This document shows positions 27,808-38,011 of a stretch of 64,000 bases of DNA, piece by piece. The DNA comes from an uncultured Chloroflexia bacterium (GTDB lineage: Bacteria > Chloroflexota > Limnocylindria > Limnocylindrales > CSP1-4). The notes beneath the pieces were generated by a model. That model saw only the letters and a list, made by a program, of their open reading frames with translations. It searched no databases and was not told the origin of the DNA. The stretch is from assembly GCA_963779575.1 (NCBI GenBank), contig CAVZYT010000005.1:12636-76635 (forward strand), written 5' to 3'. How positions within the stretch are numbered: the stretch's first letter is position 1; every line of letters begins with the position of its first letter. Made by a program: the position numbers and the translations under genes.

Positions 27808-27936
27808 GGTCTCGGGCCTCCTTGGCCGCGTGTGGAGCGAACCGACTCGACGCCCTGTCGCGGGAGGTGACCGTACCTCCGCGCCAGGTCGCTCCGCATC
27901 CGGGCCAGCGCGGATACCGGTACTGAAAACCAGCCC

Positions 27937-29598
27937 CTATCGGCCGGCGTCGCGGATCAGGTCGATGGCGGCCCACGCAGCGATCTGGGTACGGGACCGG
28001 AACCCGAGCTTCGTGAGGATGTGTTGGACGTGCGTCTCGACCGTCCGCTCCGAGAGGACGAGTCGCTCTGCGATCTCGCGGTTCGAGAGACCCGCGGCGA
28101 CGTAGCCCGCGATCTCGCGTTCCCTGCGGGACAGTCGGGTCTGCGATCCCGCTAACCGGTTGACGAGTGCGTTGGCCCGCGACAGGACCGCTTGCATGCC
28201 GAGGCGTGCCGCATCGATCGCGGCGACACTGGCGAGACTCCGCGCTCGATCGAGGTCGGCCGGCGCGCCTCGCCGCTCCAGGGTCACCGCGAGGGCAAGC
28301 CTCGCTCTGGCCAGGGATGGTCCCATGTCGCCGACGCCGGCCAGGGCCGCGGCGCCCTCCAGATGGGCGACCGCCTCATCGAGCCGTCCGGCCATGTCCT
28401 CGATCATCCCGAGGAAGTACGCGACCGGGCCGATGGCACCGATCGCGGAGGCAACCATGATGCCGTCGAAGCGGGTCAGGTCCTGATGCAGTCGGTCCGC
28501 CGTCTCGACATCGTCGCATCCGACCGCGAGCTCGGCCGCCGCTGCCATTGTCGGCAACCAGCGCTCGTCGAGGGGCATCGACCCGAGCCGTGGCTTCGTT
28601 GCCTCGAGGCTCGCGAGGGCGGCGGTCCGATCGCCGATCGCGAGTTCCAGACGGCCGATGCACGCTCGGACGACGGGAGGCGCCCCGGCGGACGATGCCA
28701 GGATCTCGTCGATCTCGGTCGGCCGGACGCCGCGGTCGGTCGAGATCAAGGCGAGCTGTCCATAGAACAGACCGCGCGCGATCATGTGCCCCTCGTGCGG
28801 CACAGCATCGACCGCGAGCCGCGCATGGTGCTCGGCGTCCGTCAGGCGCCCGACGGCCTGGTCGAGGCCGGCGCGGGCGCGGAGGGCGTGCCACCGCACC
28901 AGCGGGTCATCGGTACGCACGCCCAGGACGTCGAGAGCGTCGATCTCCCGGCGGGCGGCCGCCGTCTCCCCGAGCTGCAGGAACCCGTCGAAGCGCCAGA
29001 GGTGCCCCAATAACGCGTTGCCCGTCGCGCCCTCCATTTCGCGCAGCGCAAGGATCCCGGCACCCAACCGAAGGAGCTCGTCCGGTCGACCGAGACCGAC
29101 GACCACCATCTGGCGAGCGTGGAGGGCCGCGGCCATCGCCGCGTCATCCTGCGTTGCCTCCGCGAGATCGATGGCGCGCTCGCTTGCCGCCGCGGCCTCA
29201 TCCAGCCGCCCGAGGTGCGACAGGGTGACCGCGCGCTGGCCGTGGAGTCGCGACTGCAACGGGACTTCCTGCTCTCCAAGGCCATCGATCGCCTCGCGTG
29301 CCATTTCCTCGATCGCCGTATTCAGGAGATCGTCGTCGACGCCAGACACCACCAACGCCGCCGCGCCAAGCAGGTCAGGGCGTCGTGCGCGACGCGCGAG
29401 TTCGCCGGCGTGGACGATCGCGTCGGCACTTGACCGAAGGTCGCCTTGGCGGAGACGTTCGCGGGCCAGGTCGATCAGACGCTCACAGTCCCGAACGATC
29501 CCGACGAGTTCGTCGCGCGGTGGAGACGCGACTTGTGGTCGAGCGCGCACGGGCGGGTCGCGAGTCACCCGACAACATTGGCCCAGGCGTCCCAGCAC
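27937..29598 (-). CDS. LuxR-family regulator with a long helical-repeat (TPR-like) region and no recognisable N-terminal ATPase; possibly 5-prime truncated
   Basis: C-terminal HTH ..[44 protein letters not shown]. The upstream ~480 aa are Ala/Leu-rich repeats, as in the C-terminal two-thirds of LAL-type regulators. Confidence 0.75.
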   Translation of the reverse strand: MLGRLGQCCRVTRDPPVRARPQVASPPRDELVGIVRDCERLIDLARERLRQGDLRSSADAIVHAGELARRARRPDLLGAAALVVSGVDDDLLNTAIEEMAREAIDGLGEQEVPLQSRLHGQRAVTLSHLGRLDEAAAASERAIDLAEATQDDAAMAAALHARQMVVVGLGRPDELLRLGAGILALREMEGATGNALLGHLWRFDGFLQLGETAAARREIDALDVLGVRTDDPLVRWHALRARAGLDQAVGRLTDAEHHARLAVDAVPHEGHMIARGLFYGQLALISTDRGVRPTEIDEILASSAGAPPVVRACIGRLELAIGDRTAALASLEATKPRLGSMPLDERWLPTMAAAAELAVGCDDVETADRLHQDLTRFDGIMVASAIGAIGPVAYFLGMIEDMAGRLDEAVAHLEGAAALAGVGDMGPSLARARLALAVTLERRGAPADLDRARSLASVAAIDAARLGMQAVLSRANALVNRLAGSQTRLSRREREIAGYVAAGLSNREIAERLVLSERTVETHVQHILTKLGFRSRTQIAAWAAIDLIRDAGR

Positions 29599-30055
29599 CG
29601 CAAGGATGGGTCTGTCGAAAGGCCGGACTTCGTCGGCGGGCGAGACCTGAAACGGATGGTGGAGGCAGAGCTCTTGGAGCCCAAGGGCGAGAAGCGGGGG
29701 CGCTACTACATCGCGACGCCAAGGCTTCTCTCACTGGCGGAGGCCTCCTGGGAGGAGGAACGGGGCGCCGAGCAGGTCGACCCGTTTGCCGAGGTCACCG
29801 ACCCCGAGGTCGGGGTGGTCGCAGCCGTCCTGGCCGCTGGCTCGGTGAAGGCGGCAGCCCACCGCCTGGCTCCGGAGGTACGCCGCTTCAGCGCTCTGAA
29901 CTTCGATCGGATCGCGTCGAGTTCCCACTTTTCCGTAACGTTGTCCGGACACTCTCGGGAGAGGATGGCGCCATGACGACCCTGCTCGGCGCGCGCCGCG
30001 CCATCTCCGGAGTGCGCTGTCTCGACGTGGCCGCAGCCGATGTGACCTCACGGGG

Positions 30056-31318
30056 TTGGGGAGGCGTTCGGGCGACGAAAGGTCCGCGTCCTTGATGATC
30101 GGCTCCAGCATTTCGATGATGCGCCGATTCCGGCTGTCCGACTGGATCGCGGTCGTACTCCTGGTCGCGTCCCTGGCGATGATCCTGTTCGCGCTCGCAT
30201 CGCTGTTCCTTCCAGGCCGGTCCGCCACAACGGATAGCCCGGACCCCCCGATCTTCGTCGCCGTCTGCTCGGTGTTCGTGATGCTGCCGTCGGTCGGTGC
30301 CATCCTGGCCATCCGACGTCCAGCGAATCCGATCGGCTGGCTGTTCCTCGTCACGGGGGTCGGGTTCATCATCGGGATCTTCTCGACTGAGTACGTCGGC
30401 CGCGCTGTGACCGGTGATTCCAGCCTGCCATTCATCGTGCTGGTGGATTGGGCGAGCGTCTGGAGCGGAAACCTCTCGATCGCCCTGGCCGCGGTCTGGA
30501 TCCCGCTCCTCTTCCCCGACGGTCACCTCCCCGGGCCACGCTGGCGGCTGGTGGCCTGGGCGGCCGCGATCCTGACGGTGGCCGGGACCGTCGGGCAGGC
30601 GATCGTGCCCGACGCTGCCCACGGTTACTCCGGCCAGCTCCCGAATCCGATGGCCGTATCAGGACCGATCGGCGAGGTCGCGGCGGCCTTCGTCAGCGTC
30701 TACTTCCCTGTGCTGGTGGTCCTGTGCCTCCTGTCGCTCTCGTCGCTCGCGGGCCGGTTCCGTCGGTCCCGGGGCGTGGAACGTCAGCAGCTGAAGTGGT
30801 TCCTGTTCGCGGTGGGTTTCCTTGTGGCAGCCCTCGCCGCCGCAGCCGCCACGCAACTCGAGGTCGCCTGGGTGGCGGTCATGCTGGGTCTCTCATCGCT
30901 CCCAGTCGCTGCGGGTATCGCCATCCTGCGCTACCGGCTGTACGACATCGACCGCCTCGTCTCGCGGACGATCGCCTACGCTGCGGTGACGGGCGGTTTG
31001 GTCGCCGTGTACCTGGTCGCAAACCTTGCGCTCTCGGCGGCGTTCGGTGCGCTGGCGAGCGGGAATTCGGTCGCCGTGGCGGCTTCCACGCTCATCGTCG
31101 CCGCGCTATTCACACCGGTCCGGCGGCGTGTGCAGGTGGTGGTTGACCGGCGTTTCGATCGAGCCCGCGTAGACGCCGAGCGTACGACGGCAGCGTTCTC
31201 CGAGCGCCTCCGCGACGAGGTTGACATCGCGACCGTCACGGTGGACCTCGATGGGGTCGTTCGCTCGGCGCTGCGTCCGGCGTCCGTTGGCCTTTGGTTG
31301 CGGGCGCATGACGGATAA
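30056..31318 (+). CDS. Polytopic membrane protein with a soluble C-terminal tail (sensor-like); start uncertain (30056, 30095 or 30116)
   Basis: About 9 hydrophobic segments, then ..RRRVQVVVDRRFDRARVDAERTTAAFSERLRDEVDI.. No kinase domain. Confidence 0.6.
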   Translation: MGRRSGDERSASLMIGSSISMMRRFRLSDWIAVVLLVASLAMILFALASLFLPGRSATTDSPDPPIFVAVCSVFVMLPSVGAILAIRRPANPIGWLFLVTGVGFIIGIFSTEYVGRAVTGDSSLPFIVLVDWASVWSGNLSIALAAVWIPLLFPDGHLPGPRWRLVAWAAAILTVAGTVGQAIVPDAAHGYSGQLPNPMAVSGPIGEVAAAFVSVYFPVLVVLCLLSLSSLAGRFRRSRGVERQQLKWFLFAVGFLVAALAAAAATQLEVAWVAVMLGLSSLPVAAGIAILRYRLYDIDRLVSRTIAYAAVTGGLVAVYLVANLALSAAFGALASGNSVAVAASTLIVAALFTPVRRRVQVVVDRRFDRARVDAERTTAAFSERLRDEVDIATVTVDLDGVVRSALRPASVGLWLRAHDG

Positions 31319-31370
31319 GCGGGGCCGCGTGGTGCTCGTCAGGGTCACCCCGGGCGAAGCCTAGCGGGCG

Positions 31371-31463
31371 ACGCCCAGGCGCACCCTGCCGGTCGCGGCG
31401 CACCCGTCCACTTCCGCCTCCGCTACGACGTCGCCGACAAGAAGGGGGCGATCACCCTGCGCC
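31371..31463 (+). mobile_element. Remnant of the C-terminal part of an IS481-family transposase
   Basis: Translates as ..AQAHPAGRGAPVHFRLRYDVADKKGAITLRR. This resembles the conserved IS481-type ..H(Y/F)RVRRDRVDxxGxVTLR.. segment, recalled from memory and not searched. No start codon or catalytic region is present. Confidence 0.4.
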
Positions 31464-31514
31464 GGACGCGCGTTAGCAACCTACCCGATCCCGATCGGGG
31501 GTTGGGATGAGCGG
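31464..31514. repeat. Copy of the att-flanking arm (P-prime-like) without the 16-nt core
   Basis: 43/51 identical to 39111-39161 by my count. Confidence 0.5.
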
Positions 31515-31623
31515 TTGGCGGCGGCTCGGTCGACGGCGCGGCATGGCCTGGTGTTCGGAAACACCGGAGCCGGCCCCGAGGCCGGCTCCGGTGGCTTGGC
31601 TGTCGATCACGTCGACGGCGTTC

Positions 31624-32831
31624 TCAAGGCTTCGCCGCTTCCTCCGGCCGCAGCTTGATTGTCTCGGCGAAGGCGTCGAAAGCGACTCGGTAATCCCTTC
31701 CCGATGATGGGTCGCCTCCCACGATGAACAGATAGAGGCGCCCGTCGACGGCGATGCTCGCCGTGACCGTCCCGGTACATCCCTGTATCCTGCCCGGCCG
31801 CCCATCGATGGTGACCTCGGCCTGCTGGCTGCGGGACACGCGACACTCGTCAGGCAGGTACCTGGCGACCTGGGTGTCGTACCAAGCGTCGACCGAGACC
31901 CCATTCGGGATCGCCGCGGATGCGCCCTCGAAGGCCATGGCAAAGCCGGTATCGATGAGATCGAACCCATGGTCCGGGCCGGAACCGACGGACGTCGCCG
32001 GGTCGGCGGGATTCCAGAGCTCTTTGGCCGGTTCGAGCCCTCCCCGGTCGAAGAACCCGACGGAGAAGCCGTTGGTCGGCGAGACGAAGGTCGTGTCCGG
32101 CAACGGAAGGTCGTCCGCCGTGTCCGGGGTCAGGTCGATCGTGGCGGCGAACGCGTCGAAGACGGCTCTGGCGTCGGTGCGGTCGCTGCAAGAGGGTGAA
32201 CAGGTAGAGCTGCCCACCAGCGACGACGGTCGCCTCGATCCTGTTCGGACACTCCGAGATCCGGCCCGACTGCCCATCGATGGTGATCTCCGCTTGCTGG
32301 CTGCGAGGCACAGCGCAGCTGCGGTAGTCTGCGATCTGATCGTCGATCTGTGCATCGGTGACGAAGCCGTTCTCCGCGTCCGGGATCCGCGTCGAGGCGC
32401 CGCGAAGAACGGCGGCCAAGCCGGTCTCGACGACATCGAAACCGTCGCGCCGTCGCCGAAATCCAGCGGTTGGTAGCCGGGGTGATTGCGGCCCGCTCGG
32501 GATACTTGATCGAGAAGCCGTTCCTCGGCGAGACGAAGGTCTTGGTCAGGTTCGGGAAATCGACCAGGGCCGGACCGCCGACACTCGATCCGTTCGGCAG
32601 GCGCGGAACGACGGTGATGGCCACGAGGCCGACCGCGATCACGAGGACCGCGGCGGTCGCCATACGGGCGAAGGTGCTCACGGGTGTCGCCCTCCACGCC
32701 GGTCGCATGACACGGCGCTGTCGAGTCGTGTGGATCTCCTCGAGGGTGGACCGCACGGCGTGGTCGGACATCCGGCTCGGGCCGTCGTCGAGCCAGGCTC
32801 GGGCGGCCAGGTCGAAGTCGTTCTCGTTCAT
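31624..32831 (-). pseudogene. Anti-sigma-like membrane protein with two tandem copies of a ~170-aa extracytoplasmic domain; about 3 frameshifts in the first copy
   Basis: The start MNENDFDLAARAWLDDGP overlaps the sigma stop (ATGA). One TM helix. Domain copy 1 is spread over three frames (breaks near 32460, 32445 and 32185). Copy 2 is intact (..TFVSPTNGFSVGFFDRGG...SQQAEVTIDGRPGRIQGC...LYLFIVGG..AFDAFAETIKL). Confidence 0.65.
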
Positions 32832-33385
32832 GCCATCCGCTCCAGGGAGGTGGTGTTGGTCGTCCGGGCATCGGCATCGAGTGCCGCCCGGAGGGTGGAT
32901 GTGGCGTAGCGGAGCCTCGACTTGATCGTTTCCGCCGGGACGCCGAGGCTCTCGGCGATCTCGGCGACCGACCAGCCGAGGTAGTGGTGGAGGACGAACG
33001 CCGCGCGTTGCTCCGTCGGCAGCCGACGGAACCCACGATCGAGCGCATCGCGCGTGACGATGTCCTGGGTGGTGTCCGGCATCGCCGGCCCGTCGATGGG
33101 CAGGGCCACGACGTTGGCGGACCACTTCGACACGCGTTTGGCCTCGGCATAGCAGGCGTGGACAAGGATCCGATGGATCCATGCCTCGAAGCGTTCGATA
33201 TCGCGGAGTGCCGGAAGGTCCCGCCACGCGGTGACGAGCGTCTGCTGGACGGCGTCCTCGGCGCGCCCGACGTCACGCAGGATCCGATGCGCGACGACGA
33301 ACAGCCGGTCAGCCGAGCCGCGAACGATGGAGGCGAAGGCCTCCTCGTCCCCGGACCGTGCCGCCTCGATGAGGGCGAGGTTCAT
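32828..33385 (-). CDS. ECF-type RNA polymerase sigma factor
   Basis: MNLALIEAARSGDEEAF..LFVVAHRILRDVGRAEDAVQQTLVTAWRDL.. and ..QRAAFVLHHYLGWSVAEIAESLGVPAETIKSRLRYA. An upstream ATG at 33427 is also possible. Confidence 0.85.
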   Translation of the reverse strand: MNLALIEAARSGDEEAFASIVRGSADRLFVVAHRILRDVGRAEDAVQQTLVTAWRDLPALRDIERFEAWIHRILVHACYAEAKRVSKWSANVVALPIDGPAMPDTTQDIVTRDALDRGFRRLPTEQRAAFVLHHYLGWSVAEIAESLGVPAETIKSRLRYATSTLRAALDADARTTNTTSLERMA

Positions 33386-33869
33386 CCATCCGGCTCCCAG
33401 TTCGCGTCCCCTGGTGGGACGCTTCACCCACTATGAGTGCCGTTCCCGGGAAATCGGGGTGAAAGTCACGCAGGTCAGTTTGAGCGCAGGGCATCGACCA
33501 GCGGGCGGGCCAGCCCCTGCGACCACGCGAGGTGGCCGTCGTCGACTTCGTGATTCGTCAGCCCGACGATCACCGCCTCGTCCTCGGGCAGGCACCCGGC
33601 GCACCCGGGGCGTGGTAGGCAACCGGGTTGGCGAGCGACGGGAGGTAGCCGCCCCTGCTCTCAAGAGTGTCATGCCCGGACGGGCTGCCGGATGGCTGGT
33701 TGTCCCGAGTCTGGAGTCCCTCTGAGCGGGACCTCCTCGGCCACAGGCACACCCACACCGTCGACCACGGCTGCTACTCCCTCATCCCTTCGCGAATTGC
33801 CCGGATCAGCTCGTCGGCCTTGGTAGCGGGGAACTCGGGTCCGCGCACGACATGCCAGTTGCCAGCTTC

Positions 33870-34286
33870 TCAGCCCAGACTTCGGCGGCCCGCCAGAACG
33901 AGGACCACAGCGATCGGCACGCCGCCGAGGATCAGGGGCAGGTCGAACCCCACTCCGAGCGCGAACGCCAGGGGCGACGTCGCGAGCCCGATCGCGGCTC
34001 CCCATCGGCGGCCTCGCCAGAGCCCGACACCGGCGACCACCTCGGCGGCACACACCGCGACGAAGGTCCATCCCAGGGCTTTGAACGCCTCCGGCCCGAG
34101 CCCTTCGAAGGGGCCGGCCATTGACCGGAACCAGAACGTCATCGGCAGCTCGCCGTAGCGGTCGAGATGCGCCAGGACGAAGGGCACGGAGGCGCCGAAC
34201 GCAACACCGAGGAACAGGAACAGGGACGCCGCGACTCGAACCGTCGGCGGAAGACGGAGGCGTGGCGCGTCGCTCGTCCCCGTCAT
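33870..34286 (-). CDS. Small membrane protein (about 4 TM)
   Basis: Only hydrophobic-segment composition supports this call. No family recognised. Confidence 0.5.
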   Translation of the reverse strand: MTGTSDAPRLRLPPTVRVAASLFLFLGVAFGASVPFVLAHLDRYGELPMTFWFRSMAGPFEGLGPEAFKALGWTFVAVCAAEVVAGVGLWRGRRWGAAIGLATSPLAFALGVGFDLPLILGGVPIAVVLVLAGRRSLG

Positions 34287-34338
34287 CAGCCTTCCCTCTC
34301 AACGCAGCGTCGCGATTCGTGCACCCCGCCGGCAGCGG

Positions 34339-34692
34339 TCATGAGATCGTTCGCCCGACCTTCGCGCCCGCTGCCGCGCGGTATGCCGCGACTCCGGCGG
34401 CCGCACCAAGCACGATCAGGAAGACGTCGATCGTCCATGCCGCAATCTCGTCAGCCTGCTGCACGGTGAGCACGGCATAGAGGACGATCCACACCACGGT
34501 GACGACGTTCGACGCGGACACGACCAGGGCACTCGGGCGCGCCATCAGCCAGACACCCAAGATCGCGGCGACCACACCCACCGCGGTCGTGACGAATATC
34601 TGAGCCGGGTCCGTCCTGAAGATGATCGTCATCGCGATCGCGAATCCGGCCGCCACGAGCCACAGGGCCCCAGCGATTCCGAGCCTACTCAT
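34339..34692 (-). CDS. Small membrane protein (about 4 TM)
   Basis: I chose the start MSRLGIAGALWLV. Only hydrophobic segments support the call. Confidence 0.5.
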   Translation of the reverse strand: MSRLGIAGALWLVAAGFAIAMTIIFRTDPAQIFVTTAVGVVAAILGVWLMARPSALVVSASNVVTVVWIVLYAVLTVQQADEIAAWTIDVFLIVLGAAAGVAAYRAAAGAKVGRTIS

Positions 34693-34831
34693 TCTTTCCT
34701 CCCACTTCGTCTCTGCCTCCCACGCGGTGCACCCCACTCCCCACGCCTTCTGCGCCGCAAGGGTTCGCTGTCAGGCCAACCTGTGAATGTATACGGCGTA
34801 GACTCGATGTGTACGGCGTAGACTAGCCAGC

Positions 34832-35530
34832 ATGGCTCGTGACGTCAAGGCCCACCGCGGACTGACCACGGAGCGTGTGGTGGATGCCGCGCTGCGGGCA
34901 GCGGATGAGGGCGGCATCGAGGCGGTCAGCCTGCGACGGATCGCCGGGGCCCTCGAGGTGACACCGATGGCCATCTACCGGCACGTGCGGAACAAGGCCC
35001 ACCTGCTCGACCTGATGGCCGAGCGGCTGCTGGATCAGGTGGACCTTGCGCCTGCCGAGGCGGCCACCTGGCAGGACCGGCTGCGCCGGCTGCTGGCCAG
35101 CTTCCAGGCGGTCGCGGCGGAACACCCGGCAACGGCCTTGCTGCTCTCGCGACCGTTCGTCTCCCCGGCCGCCCTGCGCGTGAGCGAGGTGCTGCTGGCG
35201 ACCCTCCAGGGCGCGGGCTTCGACGCCGGCCAGTCAGTGCGCTTGCTTCAGGTGATCACCGGCATGGTCCTCGGCCCGGCCATCAATCGAGCCACGTGGG
35301 CGGCGGCTTCGCGCGATCGTCCGCCGGACGCCGACCGCCAGCGGGCGTCCATGGAAGGGCTTTCCGCTGGCGAGCTCCCCTACCTCGCGGGCGCTACAGA
35401 GCAGTTCATGGATTGGTCCGCGGGGGCGGACGCCGATCGTCTCACGATCGAGCTATTGGTCGGCGGTCTGGAGGCGCTCGTCGCCCAGCCGAACCGAGGT
35501 GGGACGTCGAGCACGGTGAGTCGTGAATAG
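34832..35530 (+). CDS. TetR family transcriptional regulator
   Basis: N-terminal HTH ..VVDAALRAADEGGIEAVSLRRIAGALEVTPMAIYRHVRNKAHLLD. Confidence 0.85.
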   Translation: MARDVKAHRGLTTERVVDAALRAADEGGIEAVSLRRIAGALEVTPMAIYRHVRNKAHLLDLMAERLLDQVDLAPAEAATWQDRLRRLLASFQAVAAEHPATALLLSRPFVSPAALRVSEVLLATLQGAGFDAGQSVRLLQVITGMVLGPAINRATWAAASRDRPPDADRQRASMEGLSAGELPYLAGATEQFMDWSAGADADRLTIELLVGGLEALVAQPNRGGTSSTVSRE

Positions 35531-35542
35531 AAGAATTGTTCG

Positions 35543-35558
35543 TGGCGCGCCCGACAGG
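35543..35558. repeat. Exact copy of the tRNA-Arg 3-prime 16-mer; similarity to the tRNA extends to 35562 with one mismatch
   Basis: TGGCGCGCCCGACAGGaGtc here versus TGGCGCGCCCGACAGGaTtc in the tRNA. It sits between convergent stops at 35530 and 35636. Confidence 0.65.
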
Positions 35559-35635
35559 AGTCAGGCGTGCGCGTACCCACTCGCATTTCCGCTCGAGGGC
35601 GCTGGCGAATGGGACCCGGCTGCTGAGGAGAGCGC

Positions 35636-36076
35636 CTAGGTGACATCTGACCGCCTGCCGCCCGTGGTCGAGGCCGCGTCCCGCACCCGCGCCGTATCCA
35701 CGAACTGCTCGAACCGGACGATCTGCCCGGCGCGCACGACGAAGTGATGGGCGACCCGGCAGTCCAGCCCCTTGCCCGTGACGCGGTGGGTCGCGGTGTA
35801 CCGCGCGAGAACCACGACGTGCTCGCCATCCACCACGTAGGTGTCGTCGTGGGCGGTCCACCCGTCCCACTCGCGCCCGAGGGCCTCCATGACGTTGGCG
35901 GTGACGCCCTCCGGCGTCCGATACGTCCCGCCGAGGGGGAACCCGGCCATCTCGGTCCACTCCACGTCGCGCGCCAGGGTCTCCCGGAGCGCTGCGAGGT
36001 CTCCGGCCGCTGACGCGAGGTATTGCCGGCGGACGACGTCGGCGGGCGAGGAGCCATCGGACTCGATCAGCCCCAT
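35636..36076 (-). CDS. SnoaL-like / NTF2-fold (ketosteroid-isomerase-like) protein
   Basis: ..VVRRQYLASAAGDLAALRETLARDVEWTE..GGTYRTPEGV...VVVLARYTATHRVTGK..RVAHHFVVRAGQIVRFEQFVDT. Confidence 0.75.
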   Translation of the reverse strand: MGLIESDGSSPADVVRRQYLASAAGDLAALRETLARDVEWTEMAGFPLGGTYRTPEGVTANVMEALGREWDGWTAHDDTYVVDGEHVVVLARYTATHRVTGKGLDCRVAHHFVVRAGQIVRFEQFVDTARVRDAASTTGGRRSDVT

Positions 36077-36873
36077 GTCATCTCCCCCTTCGCCACCTTG
36101 GATCCAAGACCTGCCGCGATCGCGAGACCGGCGTCCGGGTAGGCCGCAAGCAGCGCTGTCTCGAGCGCGGAGCCGTCCCGGGATCCTGACGCCAGTGCCT
36201 CGAAGCGCTCGAGATACTCGCGGGTGTGGCTGATCGCCGTCGTGTCGGTGGGGCTACCGGCCGCGCGATGGCCGGCGACGACGAAAGCCGGGGATAGCGC
36301 CAGGAGGTCACCCAGGACGCGCACCCATTCGGCGCGGAGCGCTCTCGTGGCGGTATCGGCGGTCCAGACATGCAGGCCCTCGAACAGCAGCACCCCGCCG
36401 AAGAGCGAGCGGCTCGCCGCCTCCCACAGGAACCATGCACGATCGCCCAGCTGGTCACTCCCGCGCCGGACCTCGATCGGCGTGCCGTCGACGGTGAGCG
36501 TCGTCCCCGCCAGTTCCTCGATCTCGACGAGCCGTGTGGGCAGGTTGGCGCCAAGATGCGCCCAGGCCTTCAGCTTGCCCTCGTAGCTGGCGCGGATATG
36601 GTCGATCACGTCGGCGGGGGCGACGAAGCGGGCGTAGGGGAACGCGTCGGCGATGACCTCGGCGCCGAAGTAGAAGTCCGGGTCGCCGGCGGTGATGACG
36701 ACGGTGCGGAGCGTCTTGCCCGAGTCGAGGGCAGCGGCCGCGATGCGGTGGCCGTCGGCGCGGGTGAAGGCGGCGTCGACGACGAGGGCCTCGGTGTCCC
36801 CTGTCACAAGGACGCTCGTCTTGTGGAGCGACGTCGGCTCGCTGTCGAGGATGGAATAGGTGAGTGCGGTCAT
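36067..36873 (-). CDS. MBL-fold-like protein with a degenerate metal-binding motif
   Basis: I chose the start MTALTYSIL after AGAGGA. VVITAGDPDFYFG occupies the position of HxHxDH. The overall layout resembles MBL-fold proteins. Confidence 0.65.
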   Translation of the reverse strand: MTALTYSILDSEPTSLHKTSVLVTGDTEALVVDAAFTRADGHRIAAAALDSGKTLRTVVITAGDPDFYFGAEVIADAFPYARFVAPADVIDHIRASYEGKLKAWAHLGANLPTRLVEIEELAGTTLTVDGTPIEVRRGSDQLGDRAWFLWEAASRSLFGGVLLFEGLHVWTADTATRALRAEWVRVLGDLLALSPAFVVAGHRAAGSPTDTTAISHTREYLERFEALASGSRDGSALETALLAAYPDAGLAIAAGLGSKVAKGEMTWG

Positions 36874-36960
36874 GGTGTCCTCTGATCGTGTGAGCGGCTG
36901 GCTGGTACGGTCAGCGTAAGACGGCAGATCTCGTGGGTCACGGTCTGGACAGGGCGTACG

Positions 36961-37854
36961 ATGGTGAAAATGCGACAAGCAGATCGACCCGGCATCCGCC
37001 CCGTCCAGTTCGCCCCAGGGCGGGAGGTCGTGGCCGGGATCGAGGTCATGACCCTGGAGACGATGCGCCGGCGCGCGGGCCTCTTGGAGTTCCGCGACCC
37101 ACAGCGCCTGGGGTTCGACCTCCTCATCCGAATCGACCGCGGCACGGCCGTCCACACGGTCGACCTCGTGGCCTACGACCTCGCCCCAGGCAAGACGATG
37201 TGGATCCACGCAGGCCAGGTCCAGCACTGGGGGGACATCGCCGCCATCGACGGACCGGTGGTGCTCTTCACGCCCCAGGCTCTCGATGCGGACACGCTCC
37301 TGCGGATCCGCGCCACGGGAATGGCGCTGCGCAGCGACTTTCCGATGGGATCTGCGGGGTCAGGCCAGGACCTTGCCTGGTCGTACTTGCGCCACTGTGC
37401 GTCTCTCGCCGCTGGGGTGCCGGAGGCCCTCGGGACCGCCCTCGTGGCGCGGTCTCTCGCGGCGCTGCTCTTGGAGCTAGTGGCTGGGACAGTCGCCCCC
37501 GGGACGGCCCTTCGCCAACCGGCCGAGGACTTCCTCCGGCTGCGTGACGCGATCGAGGATGGCTTCACCGCCGAGCACCGGGTCGCGGCGTACGCGCGGC
37601 GTCTCGGCTACTCGACCCGCACCCTCGACCGCCTCGCACGGGCCAACGCGGGCCTGACTGCGAAGGCCCTGATCGACGAGCGCGTGGTCCTCGAGGCGCA
37701 GCGGATGCTCGCTCACGGAGACGACCCGATCGCCGCGATCGCGGGTGCCCTGGGGTTCGACGATCCGTCCAATTTCTCGAAGTACTTCACCAAGCGCACC
37801 GGCGCGACGCCGGCGGTGTTCCGTCAGCGCGTCAGAGGAGGGGAGGCGACATGA
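36961..37854 (+). CDS. AraC family transcriptional regulator
   Basis: C-terminal double HTH ..VAAYARRLGYSTRTLDRLARANAGLTAKALIDERVVLEAQRMLAHGDDPIAAIAGALGFDDPSNFSKYFTKRTG. Confidence 0.85.
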   Translation: MVKMRQADRPGIRPVQFAPGREVVAGIEVMTLETMRRRAGLLEFRDPQRLGFDLLIRIDRGTAVHTVDLVAYDLAPGKTMWIHAGQVQHWGDIAAIDGPVVLFTPQALDADTLLRIRATGMALRSDFPMGSAGSGQDLAWSYLRHCASLAAGVPEALGTALVARSLAALLLELVAGTVAPGTALRQPAEDFLRLRDAIEDGFTAEHRVAAYARRLGYSTRTLDRLARANAGLTAKALIDERVVLEAQRMLAHGDDPIAAIAGALGFDDPSNFSKYFTKRTGATPAVFRQRVRGGEAT

Positions 37855-38011
37855 TCCGCCTTGAAGACTGGCTAGGCTCAACAGCCTTGGACCTTCTTGG
37901 CAGCGGCCTTGAATAGACTGCCCCGGCCGGGGTCCCCAGCCGACCCGCCGCTTCGGAGCGCCCGGAGGCGTTCACCGCGGCGATGATGGGGCTCGTGCGC
38001 GAGAGGCAGAA

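Noticed and set aside
29628-29740. Plus-strand stretch ..[28 protein letters not shown] resembling the C-terminal winged helix of Fic/AlbA-type regulators.
   Set aside because: Only ~35 residues with no upstream domain or start. Too short to call without a database search.
33470-33860. Minus-strand fragments that look like protein C-termini (..GNWHVVRGPEFPATKADELIRAIREGMRE* and ..EDEAVIVGLTNHEVDDGHLAWSQGLARPLVDALRSN*).
   Set aside because: They are short, in different frames, and have no start codon or recognisable family. They are probably further gene debris, but I cannot support a call.
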